This document shows positions 27,590-37,665 of a DNA stretch of 64,000 nt, piece after piece. Under the pieces are notes generated by a model. It was given only the letters and a program-made list of their open reading frames with translations. It made no database searches and was not told where the DNA came from. This DNA is from Candidatus Poribacteria bacterium (lineage in GTDB: Bacteria > Poribacteria > WGA-4E > WGA-3G). The translations under genes and the position numbers were made by a program. The stretch is from NCBI GenBank assembly GCA_963663765.2, contig CAXXUA010000013.1, positions 352,001 to 416,000 on the forward strand, written 5' to 3'. The first letter of the stretch is position 1. The number at the start of each line of letters is the position of its first letter.

Positions 27590-29374
27590 ATGTACTTCAA
27601 TTTTACGCCTATAAGCGACCTGAAAGATGAAAATCTCGTCCCGCTTGTCCAAGCTCGTGACGAAACAGCATTCAAGGAATTGATGGATCGTTACAATCCA
27701 AAAATCTGGTTTGTAGTTAACGAAAATTCAAGACAACGCCAAGATGCTGAAGAGATCCTTATGGACATCTGGATGGCAGTTTGGGATAACATTATCGGTT
27801 TACGAAAACCAGAAAGTTTTGGCGGGTGGTTACGCAGAATCGCACATAACGCCTGCAAAAGATACTACGCATCGGGCAAAAATCAGCATAGTGAAATACT
27901 ATTAGATTATGATGAACTCACTCTACAGATTGATAGAGAAGCGGAACAACGTTTTCAAAACGCAAGACTACGATCTGATGCAAGAGAAGCAGTACATCAA
28001 CTTCCACAACGCATAGTGTCTGTCGCGAGATTATACTATCTTGAGCAGTGGAACGTCAATGAGATCGCTACCGAACTCAACTTAGCTGTCGGTACTGTAA
28101 AGTCAAAACTCAGTGAAGTACGGAAACTGCTAAGAAAAGAATTTGAGGTTGAACCTATAAGGAGAGAAACTATGTCAGCTAACATGCAAAACAATGAAAA
28201 CGAACAGAAAAAAATAAAAATTATAGGTGTTGGCGGTGCTGGATGTAACACTCTTAAACGCCTAATTGATGAAAGTTGGAGAAACACTGAATTCTATGTT
28301 GTTGATACTGATAAGGAAACCCTTAGTTCTTGCAATGAGGTGACACAAGTACAAATCGGTATAAACAATCTTAAAGGGCAAAGTACCAACGGAAACCTGG
28401 AACTTGGGAAAAGGGCAGCTGCGGAAAGTATGGAAGAACTACGTGCTATCGTCTCAGACGCAAGTCTGGTTTTTGTAATTGCAGGTATGGGGGGAGGAAC
28501 TGGTACTGCGGTTGCACCAGTTATTACTTCACTGGCACGCCAACAAAAAGCATTAACGATCTGTATGGCAACACGTCCATTTGAAGTAGAAGGTAAACTA
28601 CGCTCAGAACAGGCAGAAGAAGGGATAAGGGAACTGCACAGTAACGAGCATCCCCAAGCTGATGCAGTTATCATTGTCCCAAACCAGCGAATACTCGATT
28701 TAGTTGACGTGGATTTACCTATACCCCAAGCTTTCTTGGAAAGTGATGAAATCTTGGTACAAGGTGTAAGTCTTATCGCAGAAATGGTTACATATAATGG
28801 TGAAATAAATGTAGACTTAGAAGATATTCAATCAATGCTACAAAACAAAGGAACTGTTCTAATGAGTTTCGGTAAAGCTAAAGGCGAAAATAGAGCAGGA
28901 ATCGCTGCACGGAACGCAATATCCTCACCCTTATTCGAGGAGAGTAAAGTCAATGAGGAATCTGCAGTCATTGTTGGTATCGCATCTCCACCAGATTTTA
29001 CCATGCATGATTTAGATGCAGTCATGAAGGAAATAGTTAAAGAAACCCCACATGATCAGTGTATGTTTGGATTAGTATATAAAAAAGAACTGGAGGCAAC
29101 TGGTGAAGTGATAGTAACAATCATTGCAACAATGCCTGATTCTTCTAAACAGCAAGTACTTACAATTGACACCAGTAAGGACACAGAAGCTCCCACCGAT
29201 GATAAGACCGTTTCCGCATCAAAAACACAAGAATTTACACATCAACCCAAATACAGTAATTTTGATCTTTCATATCTTATAAATCAAGTACCCGTAAATG
29301 TGCAAACAACGATTGAACAAGGTATTACTGCCACAGTAAAAAACCAACTTCAGTCAGAGAAAATACACAGTTGA
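27590..29374 (+). CDS. ECF (sigma-70 group 4) sigma factor fused to an FtsZ/tubulin-like GTPase domain
   Basis: sigma region 2 (DAEEILMDIW, FGGWLRRIAHN) and region 4 (EIATELNLAVGTVKSKL); FtsZ motifs IKIIGVGGAGCN, AGMGGGTGT, PFEVEG..R, PNQRI, INVDLED; AGGA RBS. Confidence 0.9.
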   Translation: MYFNFTPISDLKDENLVPLVQARDETAFKELMDRYNPKIWFVVNENSRQRQDAEEILMDIWMAVWDNIIGLRKPESFGGWLRRIAHNACKRYYASGKNQHSEILLDYDELTLQIDREAEQRFQNARLRSDAREAVHQLPQRIVSVARLYYLEQWNVNEIATELNLAVGTVKSKLSEVRKLLRKEFEVEPIRRETMSANMQNNENEQKKIKIIGVGGAGCNTLKRLIDESWRNTEFYVVDTDKETLSSCNEVTQVQIGINNLKGQSTNGNLELGKRAAAESMEELRAIVSDASLVFVIAGMGGGTGTAVAPVITSLARQQKALTICMATRPFEVEGKLRSEQAEEGIRELHSNEHPQADAVIIVPNQRILDLVDVDLPIPQAFLESDEILVQGVSLIAEMVTYNGEINVDLEDIQSMLQNKGTVLMSFGKAKGENRAGIAARNAISSPLFEESKVNEESAVIVGIASPPDFTMHDLDAVMKEIVKETPHDQCMFGLVYKKELEATGEVIVTIIATMPDSSKQQVLTIDTSKDTEAPTDDKTVSASKTQEFTHQPKYSNFDLSYLINQVPVNVQTTIEQGITATVKNQLQSEKIHS

Positions 29375-29395
29375 TATAATTATTACTGTGTTGTG

Positions 29396-29985
29396 GTAGG
29401 GGTTTCCAACCCCTACCCTTCTACCGGTAGAAGCGACCCGGGGAATGCCTTAATGGCTTTCATACCGTTGATTTGGTGCTTTGTAAGCGCGCTGGCACAT
29501 TAAGACCTAACAGAGCGCTTACAAAGCACGCCTACCGTGTGAGAAATATTTATTACCGAATTAATAAATTAATCTTCATCCAACCTCTACATCTTGCCGC
29601 TTCCCTCGCTTGTGGTCTGGTATCTCTTGTGGTCTGGTATCTCTTGTAGGAGGGGTTTCCAACCCCGATTTCTGAATCATGTATGACGCGAAATGCACAC
29701 ATCAAAAACCTTTGATGATGTAAATCCAGAAAATCTGTAAATCCCGGGGAATGCCATAAGGCATTCATACCCAGGGAATGCTTTATAGCATTCATACCGT
29801 TGATTTCTTGATTTGTAAATCATGGTTCAGAAAAAAAACACAGATAAAAAAACCAAGCCAATAAACCTAATGCAAATGTCTTATCCTGAAAATCTGTAAA
29901 TCCTGGTTCAGACAAAAAATTCGCGTAATCCGCGTAATCCGAGAATCCGTTCAACAAGTACAAAATCCAAAAAATCCGTGATACA
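29396..29985. repeat. intergenic cluster of REP-like and short dispersed repeats
   Basis: gtaggggtttccaacccctac, gtaggaggggtttccaaccccg, ggaatgc..gcattcataccgttgattt copies, aatccgcgt repeats. Confidence 0.65.
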
Positions 29986-30021
29986 AAACAACATGCAAAA
30001 TTTATTACACAACCATATAAA

Positions 30022-30050
30022 TTGCAATTTCAGCGTTTTTCTGTTATATT
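30022..30050 (+). promoter_or_regulatory. sigma70-type promoter
   Basis: TTGCAA-17 bp-TATATT with TGn extension. Confidence 0.45.
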
Positions 30051-30111
30051 TAAATAGCATTGAAATTGCACAGGATCAACAACCAATATCGTAAGACTAA
30101 GGAGAATAACA

Positions 30112-31749
30112 ATGAAAGCATCAGAACTGATGGTCAAGTGTTTAGAAAATGAAGATGTTAAATACATTTTTGGATTACCGGGTGAAGAAAACATGGATAT
30201 GTTAGATGCTTTATTAGAATCTAACATCCAATTTATTCAAACCCGAGATGAACGCGGAGCTGCTTTCATGGCAGATGTCTACGGCCGTTTGACTGGTAAG
30301 GCAGGTGTCTGTCTTGCAACCCTCGGTCCTGGTGCAATGAACCTTGTCACAGGTGTCGCAGACGCAAATATGGATAGAGCACCGCTTGTCGCAATCACTG
30401 GACAAGCAAGTTTAGATAGGATGCACAAAGAATCACATCAATACATGGATGTTGTCTCTGTCTTCAAACCCATGACAAAATGGAATACGCTTCTGCATAT
30501 CCCAGAAATTATCCCCGAATCCGTTAGTAAAGCATTCAAAACCGCCACAAGTGAAAAACCAGGTGCAACCCATATAGACTTTCCTGAAGACGTTGCAAAA
30601 ATGCAAATTGATGCTGAACCTATTCCTCATGACTTTCCCAGTGAAGCGGAACCTGTCGCAGCATGCCTCGAACGCGCCGCACAACTCATTAATCAAGCAA
30701 AACAACCGATTATCCTTGCAGGAAATGGGGTCGTCCGTCAAAACGCTTCCAGAATTCTAACGCAATTTGCTGAGATGACAAACATCCCTGTCGCACATAC
30801 TTTTATGGGGAAGGGTAGTATTCCTTGGACACATAGACTGTCGCTCCTATCCGTTGGACTACAGGCAAACGACTATGTCTCATGCGGTTTCGACCGCGCA
30901 GACCTTGTCATCGCTATCGGATATGACATCGTTGAATACCATCCAAGATTATGGAATCCAAACCGTGACAAAAAACTGGTACATATTGATACTGAACCCA
31001 GTGAAAGCGACGCATCCTACGTCACAGATGTGGAAATGGTTGGAAACATAAGACAGAGTGTCAGACATTTGATGGCAGAAGAAATAGAACCAAAAGATGC
31101 CGGATACGCTTCGGATACATTGCGAAAAATTATCCTTGAACAACTAAATGAACACAGAGATGACAAAGATTTTCCAATGAAACCACAAAAAATACTTAGC
31201 GATATTCGTTCCGTTCTCAAAGAAGATGATATACTCATCTCTGATGTCGGCGCACACAAAATGTGGATCGCTCGGATGTATCCATGCTACAAACCTAACA
31301 CATGTATTATCTCAAATGGGTTTGCATCAATGGGAATAGCAGTTCCGGGCGCGTACGTGGCAAAACTTATTTACCCAGAACGAAAATGTATCGCAGTCTG
31401 TGGAGATGGTGGATTCCTTATGAACTCACAGGAACTTGAAACCGCTACAAGAACAGGTGTACCATTTGTTACGCTCATCTTCAATGATGAAGCTTACGGA
31501 CTTATTGAATGGAAACAAATGAACGGTTTTGGAAGACCCGCAAACATTGATTTTACAAATCCTGATTTTGTCAAATACGCTGAAGCGTTCGGAGCAAAAG
31601 GCTACCGTGTTGAAGGCAGCGACGAACTCGTACCAATTCTAAATGACGCATTCAGTCAGAACGTACCCTCTATCATTGATTGTCCAGTAAATTATGACGA
31701 AAATCTACGCTTGACAGATGCTCTTGGTAAATTAACTTGTCCAATTTAA
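30112..31749 (+). CDS. acetolactate synthase large subunit (TPP enzyme)
   Basis: IFGLPGEEN, RDERGAAFMAD, TLGPGA.N, SDVGAHKMW, GDGGFLMNSQE. Confidence 0.9.
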   Translation: MKASELMVKCLENEDVKYIFGLPGEENMDMLDALLESNIQFIQTRDERGAAFMADVYGRLTGKAGVCLATLGPGAMNLVTGVADANMDRAPLVAITGQASLDRMHKESHQYMDVVSVFKPMTKWNTLLHIPEIIPESVSKAFKTATSEKPGATHIDFPEDVAKMQIDAEPIPHDFPSEAEPVAACLERAAQLINQAKQPIILAGNGVVRQNASRILTQFAEMTNIPVAHTFMGKGSIPWTHRLSLLSVGLQANDYVSCGFDRADLVIAIGYDIVEYHPRLWNPNRDKKLVHIDTEPSESDASYVTDVEMVGNIRQSVRHLMAEEIEPKDAGYASDTLRKIILEQLNEHRDDKDFPMKPQKILSDIRSVLKEDDILISDVGAHKMWIARMYPCYKPNTCIISNGFASMGIAVPGAYVAKLIYPERKCIAVCGDGGFLMNSQELETATRTGVPFVTLIFNDEAYGLIEWKQMNGFGRPANIDFTNPDFVKYAEAFGAKGYRVEGSDELVPILNDAFSQNVPSIIDCPVNYDENLRLTDALGKLTCPI

Positions 31750-31801
31750 TAAAACCATAACAAATTTACTATTCTTACAACGGAGGAATCAACAACAATC
31801 T

Positions 31802-32842
31802 ATGGCATTTTCAACAATTGAATGGGATGATGATAAAATAAAATTAATAGATCAAACATTGTTACCCAACGAATTTAAACACATTTACTGTGACGACCTA
31901 CCATCTATATGGGAAGCAATAAAATCTCTACGAGTACGCGGTGCACCTGCCATAGGAATCGCTGGCGCTTTAGGCGCTGTATTGGGAATATGGAATTCAA
32001 AAACTGATTCCTACAATGCTTTTGCTGCCGAACTCAAATCCGCAACCGATTATCTTGCAACTTCACGACCAACAGCAGTCAACCTATTTTGGGCACTTGA
32101 CAGAATCTCGCGGACAGCAGATGAAAACAAACACCTTCCGATACCAGAACTCAAACAGGTTTTACTCAAGGAAGCAGAGGTAATTATTGAAGAGGACAAA
32201 GCAATGTGTCGTGCTATCGGTAAGCATGGTATGACGTTACTTAATGAGAACGATACGATTTTGACACACTGCAACGCAGGGGGATTAGCTACTTCCGACT
32301 ACGGCACCGCTTTAGCAGTGATGTTCAGTGCACATGAAGCAGGGAAACAGATAAAGGTGTATGCAGATGAAACGCGACCATTGTTACAAGGCGCACGACT
32401 GACAACATGGGAACTCATGCAAGCAGGTATAGATGTAACCCTTATCTGTGATAATATGGCAGCACAAGTTATGAAAGAGGGTAAAATACAGTGTGTCGTT
32501 GTCGGGGCGGACCGAATCGCCGCAAACGGAGATACCGCAAACAAAATCGGAACATATAACGTGGCTATCCTCGCTGAAGCACACGGAATCCCATTCTACG
32601 TCGCCGCACCAACATCTACATTAGATTTCGCATTAGCATCCGGCGCAGAAATCCCAATTGAACAACGTGCCGCAGAAGAAATCACCGAAGGTTTCGGAAA
32701 ATTAACCGCTCCTAAAGGTGTGAAAGTATATAGTCCCGCATTTGATGTTACACCAGCTTCATTGGTAACAGCAATAATCACCGAAAAAGGTGTCGCACGT
32801 CCACCTTTTACAAAAAGCCTAAAGGCTATGCAGGAGGTATAA
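31802..32842 (+). CDS. mtnA: S-methyl-5-thioribose-1-phosphate isomerase
   Basis: VRGAPAIG, SRPTAVNL, LTHCNAG, DETRPLLQGARLT, GADRIAANGDTANKIGTY, PAFDVTP. Confidence 0.95.
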   Translation: MAFSTIEWDDDKIKLIDQTLLPNEFKHIYCDDLPSIWEAIKSLRVRGAPAIGIAGALGAVLGIWNSKTDSYNAFAAELKSATDYLATSRPTAVNLFWALDRISRTADENKHLPIPELKQVLLKEAEVIIEEDKAMCRAIGKHGMTLLNENDTILTHCNAGGLATSDYGTALAVMFSAHEAGKQIKVYADETRPLLQGARLTTWELMQAGIDVTLICDNMAAQVMKEGKIQCVVVGADRIAANGDTANKIGTYNVAILAEAHGIPFYVAAPTSTLDFALASGAEIPIEQRAAEEITEGFGKLTAPKGVKVYSPAFDVTPASLVTAIITEKGVARPPFTKSLKAMQEV

Positions 32843-32850
32843 ACTTATTA

Positions 32851-34140
32851 TCAAGATGCTTTCAAAATATTAGCACGTGTACCATCAACATCAAAGCATG
32901 CATACTGGTTTGTCTGCATGATCCGTGTTGCAAAAGCCATGGCTTGTTTTTCTGTCAGGTAACCATCTGCTATTTCAGCTACAAGGGAACGTTGAATTTC
33001 GTGACGTGCTTGTATTGAGTATGCCAAAGCACTCGTAGGCCATCCTGTGTCACCACCAAAAGCAAATAACTTGTTGGACGGTACCGCATGAATGCACCTG
33101 CGTAGAAAATCTCGGGAACTATAGGGGTCAATACTCCATGCCCAACAGAAATCTATCCAGATGTTACGATAATGCTTCGCAAGTGCAACCAACTCATCGT
33201 TATATGGATACGCAATGTGCATCAGAACGAACTTCGCATCCAAATAACGTGCAAATAAAGCACACATGTTTCCTGCTGGAATCCGACTGACTGGCATACG
33301 GTCATTACCAGCATAATAACCCGTATGTATCTTAAATGGAAGATTGTGTTCAATCGTAAGTTCAATACCACGCGCCCAACACCAATCACCAAGACACAGA
33401 CGTGTTGCTTCATCAATCTCTTTTGCAGGTTTTGATAACACTCTTGTCAGTGCTTCAGAAGCGTCAGCATCGCTTCTCTCGATCCATTTTAGGGTCCGGT
33501 TGTATGCGTGTTGTGATTTTACCGCAATTGCACACGGGGCATGTTTGGCAAAAATGGCTTCCATACTGCTCTTCAATGTGTCAAGGTCTTTGACTTCAAT
33601 GCCTGTTTCGGCGTGGATCGCATTTGTATCTACTTGTCCATTACAGAAAGTCGCCCAAGAGAGGTCATATAAGAAAAACTCGGGTCCGGATGTGTCAGGA
33701 GTACATTGCCAACTAAAATCATCCGTTTGAATGTGGTCAAGTTTCGCTAAGTCATGCAAGATATGATAACGTTTGCCTGGGGTACGAATGGACTTAACTT
33801 TATCCTGTGCTTGTGTAAGTGCATCACCAGTAAGTTCATCAAGTCCATAAACATGCTTCGCAATAAGTCTAACTGCTTCACCATATCCTGTGAACTGTGT
33901 TGCTTCCCACGCTTCTCTGATGCCTTCAAAACGGGGTTTAATTTCTTTAGACGCATCCATAAGGGCATGCATCGCATGCGGTGTTGCCCCCGCAGTATGT
34001 AAATCTGCAGGAACATAGTTACCGAATAGATCTTGTAGTATATCAGGTCCATTTTCAACCCAGTCATTTTCGCGACGCATATGTTCATGGGTGTCTACCA
34101 TACGAATTGATTGGATGTGGTGTGCTAAATCTGTTGCCAT
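32851..34140 (-). CDS. amidohydrolase family protein
   Basis: VDTHEH, KIHTG, FVLMH, K.FAFGGD. Confidence 0.8.
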   Translation of the reverse strand: MATDLAHHIQSIRMVDTHEHMRRENDWVENGPDILQDLFGNYVPADLHTAGATPHAMHALMDASKEIKPRFEGIREAWEATQFTGYGEAVRLIAKHVYGLDELTGDALTQAQDKVKSIRTPGKRYHILHDLAKLDHIQTDDFSWQCTPDTSGPEFFLYDLSWATFCNGQVDTNAIHAETGIEVKDLDTLKSSMEAIFAKHAPCAIAVKSQHAYNRTLKWIERSDADASEALTRVLSKPAKEIDEATRLCLGDWCWARGIELTIEHNLPFKIHTGYYAGNDRMPVSRIPAGNMCALFARYLDAKFVLMHIAYPYNDELVALAKHYRNIWIDFCWAWSIDPYSSRDFLRRCIHAVPSNKLFAFGGDTGWPTSALAYSIQARHEIQRSLVAEIADGYLTEKQAMAFATRIMQTNQYACFDVDGTRANILKAS

Positions 34141-34588
34141 TGAATACTCCTTACACTTAAACTTTAGATATTCCTACGTGCATAAATTGGCAAATGTGTA
34201 AAATATGGTTTCATTAAATCCTACTTGACAAAATACATTATATTATGATGTACTATAGTGTATCGTGATTAAGCTGAATTGTTATAGAATAATTTATTGA
34301 TGAGATTATGTGTTTTTAAATTGGATCTTAGCGTGTTGTTATTGTGATTATATAGGAAATGTAGAGTTCTGTCAAAAGAAACATCTTATTGGATGCGAAG
34401 CGATGTTTCAATGCTAAATTTCTTTCTGTCAGTTTTCACCTCTAAAGCATCTAACAATTTGTATAGAAGCAAACACGGAGAATTGAACCTATTTTGATTT
34501 TTGTCAGGTCACCGCTGTTATAAAATAGCGTTTATACTCGACTACTTAAGCAGACTTAGCAAAGTTGAGGAAACCACGGGAGCAGATA

Positions 34589-35515
34589 ATGCCTACTGGA
34601 CGGATTAAGTATTACAATTTGGACAAAGGTTTCGGATTTATCGCACAAGATAACAGTGATGAAGATGTTTTTCTACACAGTTCAGCGATAAAACAAGCTG
34701 ATTACGAGGAACTACGTGTCGGTCAACGTGTAAAATACAACGTCGTTGAGGGAGATAAAGGATTAGTCGCAAAAAATGTAGAAGTCTTATTAACACCAAC
34801 TGAACGACGGTGGCTACGTCAAGGCAAAACTATTATCCCAAAAGGTTACTCGGGTTTTCCAGCACAACCACAAGACCCCATATATACTGCTAACGATTCC
34901 TTGGGAGATGACAAAGGAAAGGGTGATTTAGATACACAGAAAAAAATCGCACAGACTAAACGGAAACAGGAAAATACTGAAACACATCACAGTAGAGAGT
35001 CTGATTCTGATCGGAAAGAACAAGCTTCCAGACAACTAAGTTTCGGAGATCTTTATATCCTAAAACAGATTAACTTTGAAACACCGATGTTTTTTGCACT
35101 CTATAATCAAGTTCAGTTACCCGCCATTGTATTAGAAACAACACTTGCTGCATTAACACTAAATTCCAACGAACAAGAAAGAACAATTCCCAAGATAGAC
35201 ATCAAGTATTGCTATAAAGACGTAGATGCAGAAAAAGTAAATGCAATCCTTCAATACAATGAAGACATAAAAGCGAAGCAACTCAAGTCTGTTCTCTCAG
35301 CAGAAGAGACTTATTCCATTGACGCAGAAAAAATACGTTATGCGCGAAAGGATGGTAATATAATTAACATCATCCTACGTGAAGGAGAGATATTTCAAGG
35401 AACAGTAGATTGGATCAGTCCCTATGAAATTAAGATGGTGTTAGAAAACGGGTCTAAGGTAGTGGTTTTCCAACATGCAATTTATGAATTTTCCGTCGTA
35501 GACGAGGATGTGTAA
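34589..35515 (+). CDS. cold-shock domain protein with two C-terminal Hfq/Sm-like domains
   Basis: CSD RNP1 KGFGFI and RNP2 DVFLHSS; C-terminal I.L.EGEIFQGTV...YEI...VVVFQHAI resembles the Hfq YKHAI motif. Confidence 0.75.
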   Translation: MPTGRIKYYNLDKGFGFIAQDNSDEDVFLHSSAIKQADYEELRVGQRVKYNVVEGDKGLVAKNVEVLLTPTERRWLRQGKTIIPKGYSGFPAQPQDPIYTANDSLGDDKGKGDLDTQKKIAQTKRKQENTETHHSRESDSDRKEQASRQLSFGDLYILKQINFETPMFFALYNQVQLPAIVLETTLAALTLNSNEQERTIPKIDIKYCYKDVDAEKVNAILQYNEDIKAKQLKSVLSAEETYSIDAEKIRYARKDGNIINIILREGEIFQGTVDWISPYEIKMVLENGSKVVVFQHAIYEFSVVDEDV

Positions 35516-36110
35516 AATGGCGACTTCAGAAGAAAACATATTGAATACATACCAAGAACTTGTGGATGAGATTGACAAAGATGTTGAGCGAATTCGCTCA
35601 GAATATGGCAAAGGTCCTTGTCCATCAGATTGTTATCAATGTTGTCTAAACACCTCAACAATCCCTATCAGTGAAGTTGAAGCACGCGATTTAAAAAAAG
35701 GACTGGACCTATTACCGAAAGAAGTCCGAAAACATATACGACAAAAAGCATTAAAGACAATAAACGTTTTGAAAGCAAAAGGATATACGCCTGAAAATAT
35801 GGCAAAAGATTCTGGTATGGAAGCAATTGATGTCGTAAAAGGAAAGTCTTTTGGTGAATGTCCAATGCTAATCGGCGGTGTTTGTTCGGTTTATGAACAC
35901 CGACCCGTAATTTGCAGGGTCTGGGGTTATCCAATTGACAATGGAAATGAATTGGCTTGTTGTAAAAAAACCTTCATCGGTCAACGAAGGAATTACAAAC
36001 CTCTTAATTATGCAGATTATTGGCAAAGATGTAAAACGATGAGTGAAGCACTCGGCGCTGAACAAAAAACTCCGAATTGCTATCTGGTTGTTCAGTTGAT
36101 TGAGGAATAA
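35508..36110 (+). CDS. YkgJ-family CxxCxxCC cysteine-cluster protein
   Basis: CPSDCYQCC, CPML...CSVYEHRPVICR; overlaps upstream stop. Confidence 0.85.
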   Translation: MCKMATSEENILNTYQELVDEIDKDVERIRSEYGKGPCPSDCYQCCLNTSTIPISEVEARDLKKGLDLLPKEVRKHIRQKALKTINVLKAKGYTPENMAKDSGMEAIDVVKGKSFGECPMLIGGVCSVYEHRPVICRVWGYPIDNGNELACCKKTFIGQRRNYKPLNYADYWQRCKTMSEALGAEQKTPNCYLVVQLIEE

Positions 36111-36115
36111 CTACA

Positions 36116-36193
36116 ACCTATCTCATTAATCGTAGGAGGGGTTTCTAACCCCGATTGACCTGACACGCGATTCGGTGATTGATGAGATGCACT
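36116..36193. repeat. small element with REP arm
   Basis: acctatctcattaat ... attgatgagatg ends with internal gtaggaggggtttctaaccccg; related to 49478-49571 and about 57910-57950. Confidence 0.5.
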
Positions 36194-36216
36194 GTACAGT
36201 TTTGGATGTGAAGCAA

Positions 36217-37665
36217 TTATACAGTCAAATTTCTTTGGCGAATATCTGACCAAGGACCTGTAATGGCAATAGTAACACCAGGATTCTGGATATTAACGAA
36301 GAGTGTAGTACCGTCAGGTGAGAATGTTGCACCGGCTAACTCTGAGGTGTTTGACGCATTTCGTGCAAATTGGTAGGTATGACCTTCAGGTGTGACACCC
36401 ACAATGTATTGATCTTTGGATCCATCTTCACAGATAAATAGGTCACCCCATGGGGCAACTGTGAGGTTATCTGCGTTTTCAAGTAGGTTGCTATCGTTTG
36501 GTTCAATGAATAGTTCAAGCGTTCCAGGACGTTTTTCTTCACGTTTTGTGCCTTCATAAGGACTTGGGTTATAACGCCAAATTTGACCTTTCTGTGCAAC
36601 GCCACCATTCGTACAGGCTATATAAAACTCTTTACCACTGAACCAAATGCCTTCACCACGTGCAAATATAGCGGCATGCTTACCTTCAATTCCTTGATTG
36701 CGAAGGTCGTCTTTTGGTGATTCTACGTTTTCTATGTCAACCCATTCTACTGCCATTTTTTCAGAAACTGGCATTGGGTCGTAACGCCACGAAGCGATTT
36801 TTTGAAAACCAGTCTTCCAATTTCTTGTGTCTGCAGCCTTTTTGTCTCTGATTTTCAATGCTTGTAGACGGCCGCCTTTAGCAAGTTGTCCCTGTTCGTG
36901 AGGAATGAAACGATAGAATAAACCATCATTCCTATCTTCAGTTTCATAAACAATTCCGGTTCGATCGTCAACAGCAATTGCTTCATGATTAAATCGACCC
37001 ATCGCTTTCAACGGAATTGCTGTGGCTAAGCCTATGGATGTGGTGACCGGTACTTCAAAATTGTATCCGTGATCTTGTTGATATGTTTTTTCCTCTTTCT
37101 GAACTGTTTCCTCACATGTCACCCAAGTATTCCAAGGGGTAATACCCCCAGCACAATTGCGAATTGTTCCAACTAAACTCAGAAAATGTCTTTCAAGTTT
37201 TCCCGAACGTGTGTCATAAATAAGTGTTGTCGTAGCACCAAGACAAGGTAGTTTTTTTGAACCTAAATCATATATTTTTGTTATATCAACATGACTGATT
37301 TTTTCGTTGTTCCATCCAAAAGGACCTATGTTTTTGTCTGTAGCAACCAATTCATGGTTGCGGATTAGGATAGTTTTGCCGTTTGGACCGGGAAATGCTG
37401 CCATGCCATCATGCTTACCCGGTACCCAAAGTCCATCGTTCATTATCTCTCCTGTCCGAGAAAAAGCATGAGCAACAAATCCTTCGGGGAGATCAAGGAG
37501 TTGGCTAGGGGTTTCATTAAAGACATAAGGCGGATCAGGTCTAAATCCAGGCACATGCTTTATCAGTTTTCGGCTGACTCCTGAAAAACCGAAACCAACT
37601 GCTGCCGAAGCTACTGCAACTGCACCATAGCTGAAAAACTGTCGTCGAGAAATATTGTATTTCAC
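36217..37665 (-). CDS. phoX: PhoX-family alkaline phosphatase (DUF839), Tat-exported
   Basis: SRRQFF Tat motif; HDGM, RNHE, NCAGG.TPW.TW.TCEE, GRFNHEA, ARGEG, DNL, ELAG.TFSPDG.TLFVNIQ.PG. Confidence 0.85.
   Translation of the reverse strand: MKYNISRRQFFSYGAVAVASAAVGFGFSGVSRKLIKHVPGFRPDPPYVFNETPSQLLDLPEGFVAHAFSRTGEIMNDGLWVPGKHDGMAAFPGPNGKTILIRNHELVATDKNIGPFGWNNEKISHVDITKIYDLGSKKLPCLGATTTLIYDTRSGKLERHFLSLVGTIRNCAGGITPWNTWVTCEETVQKEEKTYQQDHGYNFEVPVTTSIGLATAIPLKAMGRFNHEAIAVDDRTGIVYETEDRNDGLFYRFIPHEQGQLAKGGRLQALKIRDKKAADTRNWKTGFQKIASWRYDPMPVSEKMAVEWVDIENVESPKDDLRNQGIEGKHAAIFARGEGIWFSGKEFYIACTNGGVAQKGQIWRYNPSPYEGTKREEKRPGTLELFIEPNDSNLLENADNLTVAPWGDLFICEDGSKDQYIVGVTPEGHTYQFARNASNTSELAGATFSPDGTTLFVNIQNPGVTIAITGPWSDIRQRNLTV

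Noticed and set aside
28210-29140. Annotating the locus as the housekeeping ftsZ
   Set aside because: It is fused to a sigma factor, has an altered T3 loop, lacks the conserved C-terminal peptide and has no dcw neighbours.
34141-34588. Possible structured 5' leader or ncRNA upstream of the cold-shock gene
   Set aside because: Promoter spacing is poor and no recognisable conserved structure is visible by eye.
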